NCBI GenBank assembly: GCA_965227835.1
Contig: OZ245768.1
Location: forward strand, 630,001 to 662,000
DNA from: Candidatus Saccharimonadota bacterium
GTDB lineage: Bacteria > Patescibacteriota > Gracilibacteria > BD1-5 > UBA6164
Direction of reading: 5' to 3'
DNA length: 32,000 nucleotides
Shown here: positions 28,604 to 32,000 of the stretch, piece after piece
Layout of the letters: every line of letters starts with the position of its first letter
How positions within the stretch are numbered: the stretch's first letter is position 1
The notes under the pieces: generated by a model
Database searches by the model: none
The model's input: only the letters and a program-made list of their open reading frames with translations
What the model was told of the DNA's origin: nothing
Position numbers and translations under genes: made by a program

Positions 28604-29697
28604 TGAAAAAATCAGAACTTACAAAATCTAGGATATATCAATATATAAATTCAAATCCATGACAATCTAGTATTCAAATATCAAAATTTTTATGAATTAC
28701 TAGAGTTGCTGTTTTACATTACTTACAAGAATTATTAAAAAATAATAAAATCTATAAAACAGGTAATACTAGAGCTACTAGATATTTTGTTTTGGTTGAG
28801 AAATATCCAATGAAAATATCAAGAGATTTTTTCACTAGTTTAAAAAAAGACTTGATGAATGAATATGATTGATTAGAAGATATATATATACCAAATTTAC
28901 TTGATAGTTTATTAGCAATATTAAAAGCTGATTGAACTTGGGAATATGGTTTTCAAGCTTTTATAGAAAAAATTATCAAAGAAAATTCTTGAAAAATACC
29001 TAGTGAAAAATTATTGTATAAAAGGGTATTTTCCTTTTTAATAAGTTTTTTTGAAGAAGAAAGAAAAAGAAGAAAAAACTGATTTTTTGATGGAACAGAG
29101 AGTCTAAGAATTATAATGAATTCTTATGATACAAAATCGTATATAGATAAATTACTTTTCACCCAAATATCAACTCTTCCTCATTTTTGAAGACTTAGAG
29201 GTACTACAGAGCTTTTTTATTGAAAATTGGATCAGAATAAATACTTGATTGAAAAATCAATTACTAGATCTATAAGCTTAATAATTGATTTTATAAGGAA
29301 AAGTAAAATAAAACACGTAATATTCACTCCCCCCACACTTAAAAGAAAAACACAATTTAGAGATATTTTGAAAGAGATTTTAAATAAAAATGACATTTAT
29401 CTAAAAGAAATAAGCTGTGAAAAAATAAAATCAGATTTTATTCATACACTTAGACCCCAAAAAGAATTGAAGTGATATGACAGAATTATAAATGCTACAA
29501 AAACTATAGTTTTGAAAAATACTTGAATCAATACAGATAGTATAGTTATCTTTGATGATAATTTTACTACTTGAGCAACTTTGAACTCTATTGCCGAAAA
29601 ACTAAGAAACTCTAATTATATATGAAATATAACAGCAATTACAATAACTTGAAATTTTGAATACATTCCATGAGTTACAGATGTTTGAGAAATTTAA
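28603..29697 (+). CDS. Winged-HTH plus phosphoribosyltransferase-domain protein (PurR-like architecture, ComF-like PRT motif), 364 aa
   Basis: The N-terminus, SRIYQYINSNPGQSSIQISKFLGITRVAVLHYLQELLKNNKIYKTG, is a wHTH. The C-terminus, SIVIFDDNFTTGATLNSIAEKL, is the PRPP-binding loop (vvDDv.TTGaTl). Track ORF 29227..29475 is an in-frame fragment. Confidence 0.75.
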
Positions 29698-29717
29698 TTA
29701 CTAATCTCTAAAAAACG

Positions 29718-30392
29718 ATGTTATATATAGTATCAACTCCTATATGAAATTTAGGAGATATCACATACAGAGCAGTAGAAACCCTGAAAAATGTAGATAT
29801 TATTGCTTGTGAAGATACTAGGGTTAGTCTAATACTTCTTAAAAACTATGATATAAAAAAGCCTCTTTTAAGTTATCATTCTTATTCAAATAAAAACAAA
29901 ACAGAAAAAATAATAGAATATTTAAGAGACGGTAAAAATGTTGCTCTTATAAGTGATGCTTGAACTCCTTGAATTTCTGATCCTTGATATTTACTTATAA
30001 AAGAAGCTTTAGAGCAAGATATAGAAATAATTCCTATTCCTTGAGTTACGGCTTTTTCTACAGCCTTAGTTTGAGCTGGTGTTCCTATGAATCATTTTTT
30101 ATATTTATGATTTTTGCCTTTGAAAAAATGAAGAAAAACAATTTTTGAAAAACTTTCTTCTAGGAGAAAAGAAAAAAATTCAGAGACTATTGTAGTTTAT
30201 GAATCTGTACATAGACTTATAAAAACTATTTTTGATATAAAAAACTATTTTTGAGAAAATCATTATATAGTTGTTGCAAGAGAACTGACTAAAAAGTTTG
30301 AAGAATTTAATAGAGGTAGTGTAGAAGATATACTTGAATTTTTTTCTAAGAATCCCTGAAAGCTTAAATGAGAATTTGTGATAATTTTTTAA
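29718..30392 (+). CDS. rsmI: 16S rRNA (cytidine1402-2'-O)-methyltransferase RsmI, 224 aa
   Basis: [35 protein letters not shown]...ALISDAGTPGISDPGY...IPIPGVTAFSTAL...VVYESVHRL. Confidence 0.9.
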
Positions 30393-30398
30393 AATATT

Positions 30399-31118
30399 AT
30401 GCAGAGTTTTTCCACTAAATATCATGATAAATTTATAAATTTTTTTAAGATTAAAAAAAATCCTTGAAAAATAGAGTTATGACTTCTAAAAAAAACTGAA
30501 ATATATTTGAAATTTTTAAGATTTCTTCCATGACTTAAAATGATTTGAGTATGAAATAGTGTTTCTATGAATTGTGCTAAAGAAGAAAGTGATATAGATT
30601 TATTTATTGTTACTACAAAAAACTCTATGTGGTTTAATAGAGTTTTTATAACTTTATTTTTTGAAATTCTTTGATTAAGAAAAACAAAAAAAACTCACAT
30701 ATGAAAATTTTGCTTGAGTTTTTTTTCTACACTTGATTGACTTGACTTTAGCTCTTGGAAAATAAAAGATGATATATATCTTTATTTTTGGATACTTTAT
30801 TTCAAACCTATACTTGATTATTGAGATACTTATAAAGTTTTTTTAGAAAAAAATTCTTCTTGGGCTGATTTTTCATCTTATAATAATTTAATAGATAGAA
30901 ATAAAAAATATATTAAATATAAAAAAGAATATTTAGCTTCAAAGTCAGAGTGATTTTTTGTAAAATTTCTTGATTATTTATTAAAAAAAGTATTTTTTTC
31001 TAAAACTTTAAAATCATACGAAATATTATCTAAACCTTATTGAGTAATAATAAATGATGATTTATTGAAATTTCATGATGAAGATATAAGAAAAACTTTG
31101 AGAGATAAATTAGTTTAG
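30399..31118 (+). CDS. Hypothetical protein with a Pol-beta-type nucleotidyltransferase motif, 239 aa
   Basis: IGVGNSVSMNCAKEESDIDLFIVT fits G[GS]-x(9-13)-D-x-D. The frame is open under table 25 with many TGA. Confidence 0.65.
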
Positions 31119-31271
31119 TTTAAAGTAAAGGATTCAGCCTTATGTTTACGAAAAATCAAATGTTAATTTTTTAGGTTTTCTTAAATAAGATTAGAATTTT
31201 TCTCACAATATTAAGCTAGTTTTTAAGTTATTTTACTATAAAACTTTTAAATTAAATACTTTTATCAATAT

Positions 31272-32000
31272 TTATTTCCTCACAAATCCACCATGAAATC
31301 CTGCTGTTATTCTAACTGGAAAATATGCTGAAAATTCTTCTTTAAAATTTTTAGCATTAAGCCCAAGTAAAAAGTTTTTCTCTTTTTTTTCATCAAACCC
31401 ATAACACAATAAAATTCCATCATCTTCACTTTTAGAATTTTTATTTTCTACAAAAACTGGTTCTCCAAAATAACAATGTTTTTTTGTAAAAATTAATGAT
31501 TTTTTATGTTCTATTACATCAAGTTTTACTATGTTTTTAAAAATATCATTTCCTTTTATATTTCTTTTCAAGTTCCCAATTCCATACACAAATCTATGTT
31601 TTTTATTTACATATTTCTCATTTATTCTTTGAAGCTCACAAGTATAATCTGATATTTTTTCTTCTTTAACTAATCCACTTTTTAAGTTCATAAAATATCT
31701 CATGTATTTTGGTGGATAAATTGAAACTCCTCCTTTTTTTAAATTTTCTATCATAAAATCTTTTAAAATTTGTGCATTTTCAAAAACTGGAAGTTCAAGT
31801 GTAATTGTATCATTTTCTTCATAGGCATTTGTTGTGTGAAAAAAGAAAAAAGGATTTACTTTAAATGATTTAACTTTTTCACCATTTGATTTTTTAATAA
31901 TATGAATTTTTGTTTTCATAAAATTTCCAAACCATTTTATATTTTGAAAAAATGAGAAAGGCAAAAAAACAACTGCTGCTGGAAATAATAATTTATAGGG
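31272..32000 (-). CDS. Carotenoid oxygenase (RPE65/CCD family) C-terminal part. Partial: the 5' end runs off the window.
   Basis: FFFHTTNAYEEND...RFVYG...YFGEPVFV...EDDGILLCYGFD...FPVRITAGFHGGFV matches the family pattern (H.fNAyE, E.R.d, GEP.FvP, eDDG.ll, lP.r.P.GFHG.w). The frame stays open to 32000. There are about 15 Gly in 243 codons, none encoded by TGA. Confidence 0.8.
   Translation of the reverse strand, partial: PYKLLFPAAVVFLPFSFFQNIKWFGNFMKTKIHIIKKSNGEKVKSFKVNPFFFFHTTNAYEENDTITLELPVFENAQILKDFMIENLKKGGVSIYPPKYMRYFMNLKSGLVKEEKISDYTCELQRINEKYVNKKHRFVYGIGNLKRNIKGNDIFKNIVKLDVIEHKKSLIFTKKHCYFGEPVFVENKNSKSEDDGILLCYGFDEKKEKNFLLGLNAKNFKEEFSAYFPVRITAGFHGGFVRK

Noticed and set aside
1-32000. 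UGA=Trp (translation table 4, Mycoplasma-like) as the explanation for the in-frame TGAs
   Set aside because: TGA aligns to invariant Gly in DnaK ([17 protein letters not shown]), in the DnaJ CxxCxGxG fingers, in DHFR GIGKNG and in UvrC. Trp at these positions is not credible.
1-32000. tRNA, rRNA or other canonical RNA genes
   Set aside because: I saw no T-loop (GGTTCGAATCC-like) motif with a matching acceptor stem, and no rRNA-like conserved blocks anywhere in the window. The scan was by eye, so it should be confirmed with tRNAscan-SE or Infernal.

Overview
This is a very AT-rich bacterial window in which in-frame TGA sits at universally conserved glycine positions. Examples are Dna[10 protein letters not shown] and DLGGGTFD, and the DnaJ CxxCxGxG zinc fingers. 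The window must therefore be read with translation table 25 (UGA=Gly), the code of Gracilibacteria/Absconditabacteria-type CPR bacteria. The supplied standard-code ORF track is therefore fragmentary, and many of its ORFs are antisense shadows. I re-translated by hand with TGA=Gly.

The genes recovered, in window order:
- a partial polytopic membrane protein
- an NYN/LabA-like protein
- an IS481-like element flanked by a 15-bp direct repeat
- a small TGA-free unit
- CIRCE plus dnaK
- an IS1/IS1595-like element with perfect 25-bp inverted repeats, inserted into the 3' end of a PPDK_N (PEP/pyruvate-binding) gene
- an IS30 HTH remnant
- a repeat-containing hypothetical
- thyA-folA
- an IS-associated tandem duplication carrying a promoter-to-terminator small-ORF/RNA unit
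- a membrane protein
- uvrC
- a membrane-anchored hypothetical
- tatD
- xth
- a tandem cassette array of three small TGA-free genes
- a cation/proton antiporter
- an 820-aa protein with a C-terminal HG...C (DUF4347/CHAT-like) module
- a decayed dinJ-yafQ-like toxin-antitoxin pair
- an SPFH protein
- a 5'-truncated priA
- dnaJ
- two hypotheticals
- a wHTH-phosphoribosyltransferase preceded by four 18-bp direct repeats
- rsmI
- a nucleotidyltransferase-like protein
- a partial carotenoid-oxygenase-like gene

No tRNA, rRNA or CRISPR array was seen.

The most interesting pattern is a set of units that avoid TGA completely and carry strong Shine-Dalgarno sites, inside a genome whose native genes use TGA for roughly half of their glycines and mostly lack such sites. 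All coordinates and translations were worked out by hand and should be confirmed computationally.
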